From assembly GCF_009914755.1 (NCBI RefSeq), contig NC_060933.1: 64,000 nucleotides of DNA; one strand, given 5' to 3'. Below are positions 44,250 through 60,500 of this stretch, piece by piece. The notes beneath the pieces were generated by a model. It saw only the letters and a list, made by a program, of their open reading frames with translations. It was not told the DNA's origin and made no database searches. Each line of letters opens with the position of its first letter. Positions within the stretch are counted from its first letter, which is position 1. Origin of the DNA: the human T2T-CHM13v2.0 reference genome, Homo sapiens. The position numbers and the translations under genes were made by a program.

Positions 44250-45540
44250 ATTCCTTTCCGTTCCATTCCATTCCATTCCATTCCATTCCGTTCCGTTCCG
44301 TTCCATTCCATTCCTTTCCATTCTATTTGGGTTAATTCCATTCTATTCCATTCGATTGCAATCGAGTTGATTCTATTCCATTCCATTCCATTCCATTCCA
44401 TTCCATTCCTTTCCATTCCATTACGGATGATTCCATTCCATTGCATTCCATTCCATTCCATTCCCCTGTACTCGGGTTGACTCCATTCCATTCCATTCCA
44501 ATCCATGCCATTCCACTCGTGTTGATTCCATTCTTTCCATTCCATTCAAGTTGAATCCATTCCATTGCATTCCATTCCATTCCATTCCCCTGCAGTCTGG
44601 TTGATTCCATTCCATTCCATTCCATTCCATTCCATTCCATTCCATTCCATTCCGTTCCGTTCCTTTCCATTCAATTCCATTCCATTCTATTCGGGTTAAT
44701 TCCATTCCATTCCATTCCATTCCATTCCATTCCATTCCATTCCATTCCATTCCAATCGAGTTGATTCCATTCCATTCCATTCCATTCCATTCCACTCCAT
44801 TCCAGTCCTTTCCATTCCATTCCACTCGGGTTGATTCCAATGTATTCCTTTCCATTCCATTCCATTCCATTGCAATCGAGTTGATTCCATTGCTTTGCAT
44901 TCCATTCCATTCCATTCCATTCCGGATGACTCCATTCCATTGCATTCCATTCCATTGCATTCCCCTGCACTCGGGTTGATTCCATTCCATTCCACTCCAT
45001 TCGGTTGCATTCCATTCCATTCCATTGTATTCGGGTTAATTCCATTCCATTCCATTCCATTCCATTCCATTCCATTCCATTACAATCGAGTTGATTCCAT
45101 TCCATTCCATTCCATTCCATTCCAGTCCTTTCCATTCCATTCCACTCGGGTTGATTCCATTCTATTAGTTTCCATTCCATTCCATTCCCTTCCATTCCAC
45201 TCTGGTTGATTCCATTCCTTTCCATTCCACTCGAATACATTCCCTCCTATTCCACTTGGAACGATTCCATTCCATTCCATTCCATTCCATTCCATTCCAT
45301 TCCATTCCATTTCCTTCCATTCCATTCTATTCCGTACCATTCCATTCCATTCCATTCCATTCTATTTGGGTTAATTCCATTGCATTCCATTCGATTGCAA
45401 TCGAGTTGATTCCATTCCATTCCATTCCATTCCATTCCATTCCATTCCATTCCATTCCTTTCCATTACATTACGGATGATTCCATTCCATTGCATTCCAT
45501 TCCATTCCATTCCCCTGTACTCGGGTTGATTCCATTCCAT
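44250..45540 (+). repeat. ~1.3 kb near-identical copy of 34250-35535 forming the tail of the 23 kb unit
   Basis: ORFs 34331..34669 and 44332..44670 are identical (offset 10001), as are 34755/44761 and 34889/44895 (offset 10006). Confidence 0.88.
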
Positions 45541-48500
45541 TCCATTCCACTCCATTCCATTCCTTTCCATTCCATTCCATTCCATGTCATTCCACTCGCG
45601 TTGATTCCATTCCCTTCCATTCCATTAGAGTTGAATCCATTCCATTCCATTCCATTCCATTCGATGCCATTCCATTGCACACGGGTTCATTCCATTCCAT
45701 TCCTTTCTGTTCCATTCCGGATGACTCCATTCCATTGCATTCCATTCCATTCCATTCCCCTGCACTCGGGTTCATTACATTCCATTCCATTTACTTCCAT
45801 TCCATTCCATTCCATTCCATTCCATTCCATTCTATTCGGGTTAATTCCATTCGATTCCATTCCATTCCATTCCATTCCATTCCATTCCATTCCATTGCAA
45901 TCGAGTTGATTCCATTCCATTCCATTCCATTCCGGATGATTCCATTCCATTGCCTTCAATTCCATTCCATTCCCCTGCAGTCGGGTTGATTCCATTCCAT
46001 TCCATTCCATTCCCTTTCATTCCATTCCATTTCGTTCCATTCCATTCTATTCCGTACCATTCCATTCCATTCCATTCCATTCCATACCATTCTATTCGGG
46101 TTAATTCCATTCCATTCCATTCCATTCCATTCCATTCCATTCCATTCCATTCCATTCCATTCCATTCCATTCCATTGCAATCGAGTTGATTCCATTCCAT
46201 TCCATTCAATTCCGGATGATTCCATTCCATTGCCTTCAATTCCATTCCATTCCCCTGCACTCGGGTTGATTCCATTCCATTCCATTCCATTCCATTCCAT
46301 TCCATTCCATTTCATTCCATTCCATTTCTTTCCATTCCATTCTATTCCGTACCATTCCATTCCACTCCATTCCATTCCATTCCATTCCATTCCATTCCAT
46401 TCCATTCCATGCCATTCCACTCGCGTTGATTCCATTCCCTTCCATTCCATTAGAGTTGAATCCATTCCATTCCATTCCATTCCATTCCATTCCACACGGG
46501 TTCATTCCATTCCATTCCATTCCATTCCCTTCCATTCCATTTCGTTACATTCCATTCTATTCCGTACCATTCCATTCCATTCCATTCCACTCCATTCCAT
46601 GCCATTCCACTCGGGTATATTCCATTCCTTTTAATTCCATTCGGGTTGAATCCATTCCATTCCATTCCATTCCATTCGATTCCATTACATTGCACTCGGG
46701 TTGATTCCATTCCATTCCATTCCATTACATTTCATTCCATTCCATTCCATTCCATTTCATTCAATTCCATTCCATTCAATGCCATTCCACTCGTGTTGAT
46801 TCCATTCCTTTCCATTCCATTACATTTCATTCCATTCCATTCCATTCCATTTCATTCAATTCCATTCCATTCCATGCCATTCCACTCGTGTTGATTCCAT
46901 TCCTTTCCATTCCATTCGAGTTGAACCCATTCCATTCCATTCCATTCCATTCCATTCCATTGCACGCGGGTTCATTCCATTCCATTCCGTTCCATTCCAT
47001 TCCATTCCATTCCATTCCATTCCATTCCATTCCATTACATTCCATTTCGTTCCATTCCATTCTATTCCGTACGATTCCATTGCATTCCATTCCATTCCAT
47101 TCCTTTCCATTCCATTGAAATCGAGTTGATTCCATTCCATTCCGTTCCATTCCATTCCATTCCATTCCATTCCGGATGATTCCATTCCACTGCATTCCAT
47201 TCCTTTAAATTCCCCTGCACTTGGGGTGATTCCTTTCCATTCTATTCCATTCCATTCCATTCCATTGCATTCCATTCCATTCCATTCCATTCCATTTCAT
47301 TGCAATCGAGTTGATTCCATTGCATTCCATTCCATTCCATTCCAGTCCTTTCCATTCCATTCCACTCGGGATGATTCCATTCTATTCCTTTCCATTCCAT
47401 TCGATTCCATTCCATTCCACTCTGGTTGATACCACTCCTTTTCATTCCACTCGAAAACATTCCCTTCTATTCCACTCGGAATGATTCCATTCCATTCCAT
47501 TCCATTCCATTCCATTCCATTCCATTCCATTCCGTTTCGTTCCATTACATTCTATTCCGTACCATTCCACTCCATTCCATTCCATTACATTTCATACCAT
47601 TCCTCTCGGGTTGATTCCATTCCTTTCCATTCCATTCGGGTTGAATCCATTCCATTCCATTCCTTTCCATTCCATTCCATTCCATTGCACTCGGGTTGAT
47701 TCCATTCCATTCCATTCCGTTCCATTCCGGATGACTCCATTCCATTGCATTCCATTCCATTCCATTCCCCTGCACTCGGTTTCATTACATTCCATTCCAT
47801 TCACTTCCATTCCATTCCATTCCATTCCATTCCATTCCATTCCATTCCATTCCATTCCATTCCATTTCAATCGAGTTGATTCCATTCCATTCCATTCCAT
47901 TCCATTCAATTCCGAATGATTTCATTCCATTGCCTTCCATTCCATTCCATTCCCCTGCACTCGGGTTGATTTCATTCCATTCCATTCCATTCCATTCCAT
48001 TCCATTCCATTCCATTCCATTCCATTTCGTTCCATTCCATTCTATTCCGTACCATTCCATTCCATTCCATTCCATTCCATTCCATTCCATTCCATTTCCG
48101 TCCATTCCATTCCATTCCATTCCATTCCATTCCATTCCATTTCCTTCCATTCCATTCCATTCCATTCCATTCCATTCCATTCCATTCCATTCCATTCCAT
48201 TCTATTAGGGTTAATTCCATTCCATTCCATTCCATTCCATTGCATTCCATTCCATTCCATGCCATTCCACTCGGGTTGATTCCATTCCTTTCCATTCCAT
48301 TCGAGTTGAATCCATTCCATTCCATTCTATTCCATTCCATTCCTTTCCATTCCATTCAATTCCATTCTATTCCGGTTAATTCCATTCCATTCCATTCCAT
48401 TCCATTCCATTTCATTGCAATCGAGTTGATTCCATTGCATTCCATTCCATTCCATTGCAGTCCTTTCCATTCCATTCCACTCAGGTTGATTCCATTCTAT

Positions 48501-51500
48501 TCCTTTCCATTCCATTCGATTGCATTCCATTCCACTCGATTCCATTCCATTCCATTCTGGTTGATTCCATTCCTTTTCATTCCACTCGAAAACATTCCCT
48601 TCTATTCCACTCGGAATGATTCCATTCCATTCCATTCCATTCCATTTCGTTCCATTACATTCTATTCTGTACCATTCCACTCCATTCCATTCCATTCCAT
48701 TCCATGCCATTCCTCTCGGGTTGATTCCATTCCTTTCCATTCCATTCGGGTTGAATCCATTCCATTCCATTCCTTTCCATTCCATTCCATTCCATTGCAC
48801 TCGGGTTGATTCCATTCCATTCCATTCCGTTCCATTCCGGATGACTCCATTCCATTGCATTCCATTCCATTCCATTCCCCTGCACTCGGTTTCATTACAT
48901 TCCATTCCATTCACTTCCATTCCATTCCATTCCATTCCATTCCATTCCATTCCATTTCAATCGAGTTGATTCCATTCCATTCCATTCCATTCCATTCAAT
49001 TCCGAATGATGTCATTCCATTGCCTTCCATTCCATTCCATTTCCCTGCACTCGGGTTGATTCCATTCCATTCCATTCCATTCCATTCCATTCCATTCCAT
49101 TCCATTCCATTTCGTTCCATTCCATTCTATTCCGTACCATTCCATTCCATTCCATTCCATTCCATTCCATTCCATTCCATTCCATTCCATTTCCTTCCAT
49201 TCCATTCCATTCCATTCCATTCCATTCCATTCCATTCTATTAGGGTTAATTCCATTCCATTCCATTCCATTCCATTCCATTCCATGCCATTTCACTCGGG
49301 TTGATTCCATTCCTTTCCATTCCATTCGAGTTGAATCCATTCCATTCCATTCCATTCCATTCCATTCCATTGCACACGGGTTCATTCCATTCCATTCCAT
49401 TCCATTCCATTTCGTTCCATTCCATTCTATTCCATACCATTCCATTCCATTCCATTCCATTAGACTCCATTCCATGCCATTCCACTCGGGTTTATTCCAT
49501 TCCTTTCCATTCCATTCGGGTTGAATCCATTCCATTCCATTCCAATCCATTCCATTCGATTCCATTACATTGCACTCGTGTTATTTCCATTCCATTCCAT
49601 TCCATTCCATTCCATTCCATTCCATTCCATGGCATTCCACTCGGGTTGATTCCATTCCATTCCATTCCATTCGAGTCGAACCCATTCCATTCCATTCCAT
49701 TCCATTCCATTCCATTCCATTCCATTCCATTCCATTGCACACGGTTTCATTCCATTCCATTCCATTCCATTCTATTCCATTTCGTTCCATTCCATTCTAT
49801 TCCGTACCATTCCATTCCATTCCATTCCATTCCCCTCCATTTCATTCCATTCCATGCCATTCCACTCGGGTTTATTCCATTCCTTTCCATTCCGTTCGGG
49901 TTGAATCCATTCCTTTCCATTCCATTCCGTTCAATTCCATTCCATTGCACTCGGGTTGATTCCATTCCATTCCATGCCATTCCATTTCATTCCGTTCCAT
50001 TCCATTCCATTACATTCGGATTGATTCTTTTCAATTCCCTTACACTCCATTACATTCCATTCCATTCGGGTAGTTTCCATTCCATTCGATTCCATTACAC
50101 TCCATTGCATTGCACTCAGGTTGATTGATTCCATTCTATTGCATTCCATTCCATTCAATTCCATTCCGGATGATTCCATTCCATTGCATTCCATTCCATT
50201 CCATTTCATTCCATTCCATTCCATTCCCCTGCACTCGGGTTGATTCCATTCCATTCCATTCCATTCCATTCCGTTCCATTCCATTCCATTCCATTCCATT
50301 CCATTCCATTCCATTCCATTCCATTCTGTTCAGGTTAATTCCATTCCATTCCATTCCCTTCCATTCCATTCCATTCCATTCCATTCCATTCCATTCCATT
50401 GCAATCTAGTTGATTCCATTGCATTCCATTCCATTCCATTCCATTGCATTCCATTGCATTCCATTCCCCTGCACTCAGGTTGATTCCATTCCATTCCATT
50501 CCATTCCATTCCATTCTATTCGGGTTAATTCCATTCCATTCCATTCCCTTACATTCCATAGCAATCGAGTTGATTCCATTCCATTCCATTCCATTCCATT
50601 CCATTCCATTCCATTCCATTCCATTCAAGTCCTTTCCATTCCATTCCACTCGTTTTGATTCCATTTTATTAGTTTCCATTCCATTCCATTCCATTCCAAT
50701 CCACTCTGGTTGATTCCATTCCTTTCCATTCCACTCGAATTCATTCCCTTGTATTCCACTCGGAATGATTGCATTCCATTCCATTCCATTCCATTCCATT
50801 CCATTCCATTCCATTTCGTTCCATTGCATTCTATTCCGTACCATTCCATTCCATTCCATTCCATGCCATTCCACTCGGGTTGATTCCATGGCTTTCCATT
50901 CCATTTGGGTTGAATCCATTCCATTCCATTCCATTCCATTCCATTCCATTCCATTCTATTCCATTGCACTAGGTTTGATTCCATTCCACTGCATTCCATT
51001 CCATTCCATTCCATTCCATTCCGTTCCATTCCATTCCATTCCATTACATTCGGATTGATTGTATTCAATTCCCTTACACTCCATTTCATTCCATTCCATT
51101 CAGGTTGTTTCCATTCCATTCCAATCCATTCCACTCCATTCCATTGCACTCGGGTTGATTGCATTCCATTCCATTCCATTCTATTCCATTTCCTTCCATT
51201 CCATTCTATTCGGTACCATTCCATTCCATTCCATTCCAATCCATTCCATTCCATGCCATTCCACTTGGGTTGATTCCCTTCCTTTCCATTCCATTCGGGT
51301 TGAATCCATTCCATTCCATTCCATTCCATTCCATTCCTTTCCATTTCATTGCACACCGGTTGGTTCCATTCCGTTCCTTTCCGTTCCATTCCGGATGACT
51401 CCGTTCAATAGCATTCCATTCCATTCCATTCCATTCCCCTGCACTCGGGTTCATTACCTTCCATTCCATTTACTTCCATTCCATTCCATTCCATTCTATT

Positions 51501-54500
51501 CGGGTTAATTCCATTCCATTCCATTCCATTCCATTCCATTCCATTCCATTCCATTCCATTCCATTGCAATCGAGTTGATTCCATTCCATTCCATTCAATT
51601 CCGGATGATTCCATTCCATTGCCTTCAATTCCATTCCATTCCCCTGCACTCGGGTTGATTCCATTCCATTCCATTCCATTCCATTCCATTTCATTCCATT
51701 CCATTTCGTTCCTTTCCATTCTATTCCGTACCATTCCATTCCATTCCATTCCATTCCATTCCATTCCATGCCATTCCACTCGGGTTGATTCCATTCCTTT
51801 CCATTCCATTCGAGTTCAATCCATTCCAATCCATTCCATTCCATTCGATTCCATTCCATTGCACACGCGTTCATTCCATTCCATTACATTCCATTCCATT
51901 CCATTAAATTCCATTCCATTTCCTTCCATTCCATTCTATTCCGTACCATTCCATTCCATTCCATTCCATTCTATTCCACTCCATTCCATGCCATTCCACT
52001 CGGGTTTATTCCATTCCTTTCCATTCCATTCTGGTTGAATCCATTCCATTCCATTCCATTCCATTCGATTCCATTACATTGCACTCGGGTTGATTCCATT
52101 CCATTCCATTCCTTTACATTTCATTCCATTCCACTCCATTCCATGCCATTCCACGCGGGTTTATTCCATTCCTTTCCATTACATTCGTGTTGAATCCATT
52201 CCATTCCATTCCATTCCATTCGATTCCATTACACTGCACTCGGGTTGATTCCATTCCATTCCATTACATTACATTTCATTCCATTCCATTCCATTCCATT
52301 CCATTCCATTCCATTCCATTCCATGCCATTCCACTCGTGTTGATTCCATTCCTTTCCATTCCATTCGAGTTGAACCCATTCCATTCCATTCCATTCCATT
52401 CCATTCCATTCCATTGCACACGGGTTCATTCCATTCCATTCCATTCCATTCCGTTCCATTCCATTCCGTTCCATTCCATTCCATTCCATTCTGTTCAGGT
52501 TAATTCCATTCTATTCCTTTCCCTTCCATTCCATTCCATTCCATCCCATTGCAATCGAGTTGATTCCATTGCATTCCATTCCATTACATTCCATTGCATT
52601 CCATTCCATTCCATTCCCCTGCACTCAGGTTGATTCCATTCGATTCCATTCCATTCCATTCCATTCCGTTCCTTTCCATTCCATTCCATTCTATTCGCGT
52701 TAATTGCATTCCATTCCATTCCATTACATTCCATTGCAATCGAGTTGATTCCATTCCATTCCGTTCCATTCCATTCCATTCCATTCCATTTCGGTCCATT
52801 CTGTTCTATTCCGTTCCATTCCATTCCATTCCATTCCATTCCATTCCATTCCATTCCATTCCATGCGATTCCACTCGGGTTGATTCCATTGCTTTCCATT
52901 CCATTTGGATTGAATCCATTCCATTCCATTCCATTCCATTCCATTCCATTCCATTCCATTGCACTAGGTTTGATTCCATTCCACTGCATTCCATTCCATT
53001 CCATTCCATTCCGTTCCATTCCATTCCATTACATTCGGATTGATTTTATTCAATTCCCTTACACTCCATTTCATTCCATTCCATTCGGGTTGTTTCCATT
53101 CCATTCCATTCCATTCCACTCCATTCCATTGCACTCGGGTTGATTCCATTCCATTCCATTCCATTCTATTCCATTTGGTTCCATTCCATTCTATTCGGTA
53201 CCATTCCATTCCATTCCATTCCATTCCATTCCATGCCATTCCACTTGGGTTGATTCCCTTCCTTTCCATTCCATTTGGGTTGAATCCATTCCATTCCATT
53301 CCATTCCATTCCATTCCATTCCATTCCATTCCTTTCCATTCCATTGCACACGGGTTGATTCCATTCCATTCCTTTCTGTTCCATTCCGGATGACTCCATT
53401 CCATTGCATTCCATTCCATTCCATTCCCCTGCACTCGGGTTCATTACATTCCATTCCATTTACTTCCATTCCATTCCATTCCATTCCATTCCATTCTATT
53501 CGGGTTAATTCCATTCCATTCCATTCCATTCCATTCCATTCCATTCCATTCCATTCCATTCCATTCCATTCCATTCCATTGCAATCGAGTTGATTCCATT
53601 CCATTCCATTCAATTCCGGATGATTCCATTCCATTGCCTTCAATTCCATTCCATTCCCCTGCAGTCGGGTTGATTCCATTCCATTCCATTCCATTCCATT
53701 CCATTTCATTCCATTCCATTTGGTTCCATTCCATTCTATTCCGTACCATTCCATTCCATTCCATTCCATTCCATTCCATTCTATTCGGGTTAATTCCATT
53801 CCATTCCATTCCATTCCATTCCATTCCATTCCATTCCATTGCAATCGAGTTCATTCCATTCCATTCCATTCAATTCCGGATGATTCCATTCCATTGCCTT
53901 CAATTCCATTCCATTCCCCTGCACTCGGGTTGATTCCATTCCATTCCATTCCATTCCATTCCATTCCATTCCATTCCATTTCATTCCATTCCATTTCGTT
54001 CCATTCCATTCTATTCCGTACCATTCCATTCCACTCCATTCCATTCCTTTCCATTCCATTCCATTCCATGCCATTCCACTCGCGTTGATTCCATTCCCTT
54101 CCATTCCATTAGAGTTGAATCCATTCCATTCCATTCCATTCCATTCGATTCCATTCCATTGCACACGGGTTCATTCCATTCCATTCCTTTCTGTTCCATT
54201 CCGGATGACTCCATTCCATTGCATTCCATTCCATTCCATTCCCCTGCACTCGGGTTCATTACATTCCATTCCATTTACTTCCATTCCATTCCATTCCATT
54301 CCATTCCATTCCATTCTATTCGGGTTAATTCCATTCCATTCCATTCCATTCCATTCCATTCCATTCCATTCCATTGCAATCGAGTTGATTCCATTCCATT
54401 CCATTCATTTCCGGATGATTCCATTCCATTGCCTTCAATTCCATTCCATTCCCCTGCAGTCGGGTTGATTCCATTCCATTCCATTCCATTCCATTTCATT

Positions 54501-57500
54501 CCATTCCATTTCGTTCCATTCCATTCTATTCCGTACCATTCCATTCCATTCCATTCCATTCCATTCCATTCTATTCGGGTTAATTCCATTCCATTCCATT
54601 CCATTCCATTCCATTCCATTCCATTCCATTCCATTCTATTCTGGTTAATTCCATTCCATTCCATTCCATTCCATTCCATTCCATTCCATTCCATTCCATT
54701 CCATTCCATTGCAATCGAGTTGATTCCATTGCATTCCATTCAATTCCGGATGATTCCATTCCATTGCCTTCAATTCCATTCCATTCCCCTGCACTCGGGT
54801 TGATTCCATTCCATTCCACTCCATTCCATTCCATTCCATTCCATTTCATTCCATTCCATTTCTTTCCATTCCATTCTATTCCGTACCATTCCATTCCACT
54901 CCATTCCATTCCATTCCATTCCATTCCATTCCATTCCATTCCATGCCATTCCACTCGCGTTGATTCCATTCCCTTCCATTCCATTAGAGTTGAATCCATT
55001 CCATTCCATTCCATTCCATTCCATTCCATTCCATTCCATTCCATTGCACACGGGTTCATTCCATTCCATTCCATTCCATTCCCTTCCATTCCATTTCGTT
55101 ACATTCCATTCTATTCCGTACCATTCCATTCCATTCCATTCCACTCCATTCCATGCCATTCCACTCGGGTATATTCCATTCCTTTTAATTCCATTCGGGT
55201 TGAATCCATTCCATTCCATTCCATTCCATTCCATTCCATTACATTGCACTCGGGTTGATTCCATTCCATTCCATTCCATTACATTTCATTCCATTCCATT
55301 CCATTCCATTTCATTCAATTCCATTCCATTCCATGCCATTCCACTCGTGTTGATTCCATTCCTTTCCATTCCATTACATTCCATTCCATTCCGTTCCATT
55401 CCATTCCATTCCATGCCATTCCATTCCATTCCATTCCATTACATTCCATTTCGTTCCATTCCATTCTATTCCGTACGATTCCATTGCATTCCATTCCATT
55501 CCATTCCTTTCCATTCCATTGAAATCGAGTTGATTCCATTCCATTCCGTTCCATTCCATTCCATTCCATTCCATTCCGGATGATTCCATTCCACTGCATT
55601 CCATTCCATTAAATTCCCCTGCACTTGGGGTGATTCCTTTCCATTCTATTCCATTCCATTCCATTCCATTCCATTCCATTCCATTCCATTTCATTGCAAT
55701 CGAGTTGATTCCATTGCATTCCATTCCATTCCAGTCCTTTCCATTCCATTCCACTCGGGTTGATTCCATTCTATTCCTTTCCATTCCATTCGATTCCATT
55801 CCATTCCACTCTGGTTGATACCATTCCTTTTCATTCCACTCGAAAACATTCCCTTCTATTCCACTCGGAATGATTCCATTCCATTCCATTCCATTCCATT
55901 CCATTCCATTCCGTTTCGTTCCATTACATTCTATTCCGTACCATTCCACTCCATTCCATTCCATTCCATTCCATGCCATTCCTCTCGGGTTGATTCCATT
56001 CCTTTCCATTCCATTCGGGTTGAATCCATTCCTTTCCATTCCTTTCCATTCCATTCCATTCCATTGCACTCGGGTTGATTCCATTCCATTCCATTCCATT
56101 CCATTGCACACGGGTTCATTCCATTCCATTCCATTCCATTCCGTTCCATTCCATTCCGTTCCATTCCATTCCATTCCATTCTATTCGGATTAATTCCATT
56201 CCATTCCATTCCATTCCATTCTATTCCATTCCATTGCAATCGATTTGAATCCATTGCATTTCATTCCATTCCATTCCGGAAGATTCCATTCCATTGCATT
56301 CCATTCCATTACATTCCCCTGCACTCGCGTTGATTCCATTCCATTCCATTCCATTCCATTCCATTCCGTTCCGTTCAATTCCATTCCATTCCATTCCATT
56401 CCATTCCATTCCATTCCGTTCCGTTCCATTCCATTCCATTCCATTCTATTCGGGTTAATTCCATTCCATTCCATTCGATTGCAATCGAGTTGATTCCATT
56501 CCATTCCATTCCATTCCATTCCATTCCTTTCCATTCCATTACGGATGATTCCATTCCATTGCATTCCATTCCATTCCATTCCCCTGTACTCGGGTTGATT
56601 CCATTCCATTCCATTCCAATCCATGCCATTCCACTCGTGTTGATTCCATTCTTTCCATTCCATTCAAGTTGAATCCATTCCATTGCATTCCATTCCATTC
56701 GATTCCATTCAATTGCACTCGGGTTGATTCCATTACATTGCATTCCATTCCATTCCATTCCATTCCATTCCATTCCATTCCGTTCCATTCCATTCCATTA
56801 CATTCGGATTGATTCTATTCAATTCCCTTACACTCCATTACATTCCATTCCATTCGGGTAGTTTCCATTCCATTCCATTCCATTCCATTCCTCTCCATTC
56901 CATTGCTCTCGGGTTGATTCCATTCCATTGCATTCCATTCCATTCCATTCAATTCCATTCCGTTCCATTCCATTCCATTACATTCGGATTGATTCTATTC
57001 AACTCCCTTACTCTCCATTACATTCCGTTCCATTCGGGTTGTTCCATTCCATTCCATTCCATTCCACTCCATTCCACTGCACTCGGGTTGATTCCATTGC
57101 ATTCCATTCCATTCCATTCCATTCCGGAAGATTCCATTCCATTGTATTCCATTCCATTCCATTCCCCTGCACTCGCGTTGATTCCATTCCATTCCATTCT
57201 ATTCCATTCCATTCCCTTCCTTTCCGTTCCATTCCATTCCATTCCATTCCATTCCGTTCCGTTCCGTTCCATTCCATTCCTTTCCATTCTATTTGGGTTA
57301 ATTCCATTCTATTCCATTCGATTGCAATCGAGTTGATTCTATTCCATTCCATTCCATTCCATTCCATTCCATTCCTTTCCATTCCATTACGGATGATTCC
57401 ATTCCATTGCATTCCATTCCATTCCATTCCCCTGTACTCGGGTTGACTCCATTCCATTCCATTCCAATCCATGCCATTCCACTCGTGTTGATTCCATTCT

Positions 57501-60500
57501 TTCCATTCCATTCAAGTTGAATCCATTCCATTGCATTCCATTCCATTCCATTCCCCTGCAGTCTGGTTGATTCCATTCCATTCCATTCCATTCCATTCCA
57601 TTCCATTCCATTCCATTCCGTTCCGTTCCTTTCCATTCAATTCCATTCCATTCTATTCGGGTTAATTCCATTCCATTCCATTCCATTCCATTCCATTCCA
57701 TTCCATTCCAATCGAGTTGATTCCATTCCATTCCATTCCATTCCATTCCACTCCATTCCAGTCCTTTCCATTCCATTCCACTCGGGTTGATTCCAATGTA
57801 TTCCTTTCCATTCCATTCCATTCCATTGCAATCGAGTTGATTCCATTGCTTTGCATTCCATTCCATTCCATTCCATTCCGGATGACTCCATTCCATTGCA
57901 TTCCATTCCATTGCATTCCCCTGCACTCGGGTTGATTCCATTCCATTCCACTCCATTCGGTTGCATTCCATTCCATTCCATTGTATTCGGGTTAATTCCA
58001 TTCCATTCCATTCCATTCCATTCCATTCCATTCCATTACAATCGAGTTGATTCCATTCCATTCCATTCCATTCCATTCCAGTCCTTTCCATTCCATTCCA
58101 CTCGGGTTGATTCCATTCTATTAGTTTCCATTCCATTCCATTCCCTTCCATTCCACTCTGGTTGATTCCATTCCTTTCCATTCCACTCGAATACATTCCC
58201 TCCTATTCCACTTGGAACGATTCCATTCCATTCCATTCCATTCCATTCCATTCCATTCCATTCCATTTCCTTCCATTCCATTCTATTCCGTACCATTCCA
58301 TTCCATTCCATTCCATTCTATTTGGGTTAATTCCATTCCATTCCATTCGATTGCAATCGAGTTGATTCCATTCCATTCCATTCCATTCCATTCCATTCCA
58401 TTCCATTCCATTCCTTTCCATTACATTACGGATGATTCCATTCCATTGCATTCCATTCCATTCCATTCCCCTGTACTCGGGTTGATTCCATTCCATTCCA
58501 TTCCAATCCATGCCATTCCATTCGTATTGATTCCATTCTTTCCATTCCATTCAAGTTGAATCCATTCCATTGCATTCCATTACTTTCGATTCCATTCGAT
58601 TGCACTCGGGTTGATTCCATTCCATTGTATTCCATTCCATTCCATTCCATTCCATTCCGTTCCATTCCATTCCATTACATTCGGATTGATTCTATTCAAT
58701 TCCCTTACACTCCATTTCATTCCATTCCATTCGGGTAGTTTCCATTCCATTCCTCTCCATTCCATTGCACTCGGGTTGATTCCATTCCATTGCATTCCAT
58801 TCCATACCATTCAATTCCATTCCGTTCCATTCCATTCCATTACATTCGGATTGATTCTATTCAACTCCCTTACTCTCCATTACATTCGATTCTATTCGGG
58901 TTGTTCCATTCCCTTCCATTCCATTCCATTCCACTCCATTCCATTGCACTCGGGTTGATTCCATTCCATTCCATTCCATTCCAGAAGATTCCATTCCATT
59001 GCATTCCATTACATTCCATTCCCCTGCACTCGCTTTGATTCCATTCCATTCCATTCCATTCCATTGCATTCCATTGCATTCCATTGCATTCCATTCCCCT
59101 GCACTCAGGTTGATTCCATTCCATTCCATTCCATTCCATTCCATTCCATTCCATTCCATTCCATTCTATTCGCGTTAATTCCATTCCACTCCATTCCATT
59201 ACATTCCATTGCAATCGACTTGATTCCATTCCATTCCATTCCATTCCATTCAAATCCTTTCCATTCCATTCCACTCGTGTTGATTCCATTTTATTAGTTT
59301 CCATTCCATTCCATTCCCTTCCATTCCACTCTGGTTGATTCCATTCCTTTCCATTCCACTCGAATTCATTCCCTTCTATTCCACTCGGAATGATTCCATT
59401 CCATTCCGTTCCATTCCATTCCATTCCATTCCATTTCGTTCCATTCCATTTTATTCCGTACCATTCCATTCCATTCCATTCCATTCCATTACATTCCATT
59501 CCATTCCATTCCATGCCATTCCACTCGGGTTGATTCCATTGCTTTCCATTCCATTTGGGTTGAATCCATTCCATTCCATTCCATTCCATTCCATTAAATT
59601 CCATTCCATTCCATTCAATTGCACTAGGTTTGACTCCATTCCACTGCATTCCATTCCATTCCATTCCATTCCATTCCATTCCGTTGCACTCGGGTTCATT
59701 CCATTCCATTCCATTTACTTCCATTCCATTCCATTCCATTCCATTCCATGCCATTCCACTCGCGTTGATTCCATTCCCTTCCATTCCATTAGAGTTGAAT
59801 CCATTCCATTCCATTCCATTCCATTCCATTCCATTGCACACGGGTTCATTCCATTCCATTCCATTCCATTCCCTTATATTCCATTTCGTTACATTCCATT
59901 CTATTCCGTACCATTCCATTCCATTCCATTCCATTCCATTCCACTCCATTCCATGCCATTCCACTCGGGTATATTCCATTCCTTTTAATTCCATTCGGGT
60001 TGAATCCATTCCATTCCATTCCATTCCATTCTATTCCATTACATTGCACTCGGGTTGATTCCATTCCATTCCATTCCATTCCATTTCATTCCATTCCATT
60101 CCATTCCATTTCATTCTATTCCATTCCATTCCATGCCATTCCACTCGTGTTGATTCCATTCCTTTCCATTCCATTACATTTCATTCCATTCCATTCCATT
60201 CCATTTCATTCAATTCCATTCCATTCCATGCCATTCCACTCGTGTTGATTCCATTCCTTTCCATTCCATTCGAGTTGAACCCATTCCATTCCATTCCATT
60301 CCATTCCATTCCATTCCGTTCCATTCCATTGTACGCGGGTTCATTCCATTCCATTCCGTTCCATTCCATTCCATTCCATTCCATTCCATTCCATTACATT
60401 CCATTTCGTTCCATTCCATTCTATTCCATACGATTCCATTGCATTCCATTCCATTCCATTCCTTTCCATTCCATTGAAATCGACTTGATTCCATTCCATT

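Larger units (their letters stand above)
22570..45540 (+). repeat. ~22.97 kb higher-order unit, copy 1
   Basis: Identical ORF translations recur at near-constant offsets: 22615/45587 (22972), 24259/47226 (22967), 25263/48240 (22977), 27658/50625 (22967), 34755/57717 (22962), 40664/63616 (22952). Confidence 0.93.

Noticed and set aside
44332-44670. Round ~10,001 bp offset between the 34.3 kb and 44.3 kb copies as a sign of artificial construction
   Set aside because: The offset changes to 10006 within the block and the copies differ by at least one substitution (35371 region vs 45382), consistent with a natural duplication.
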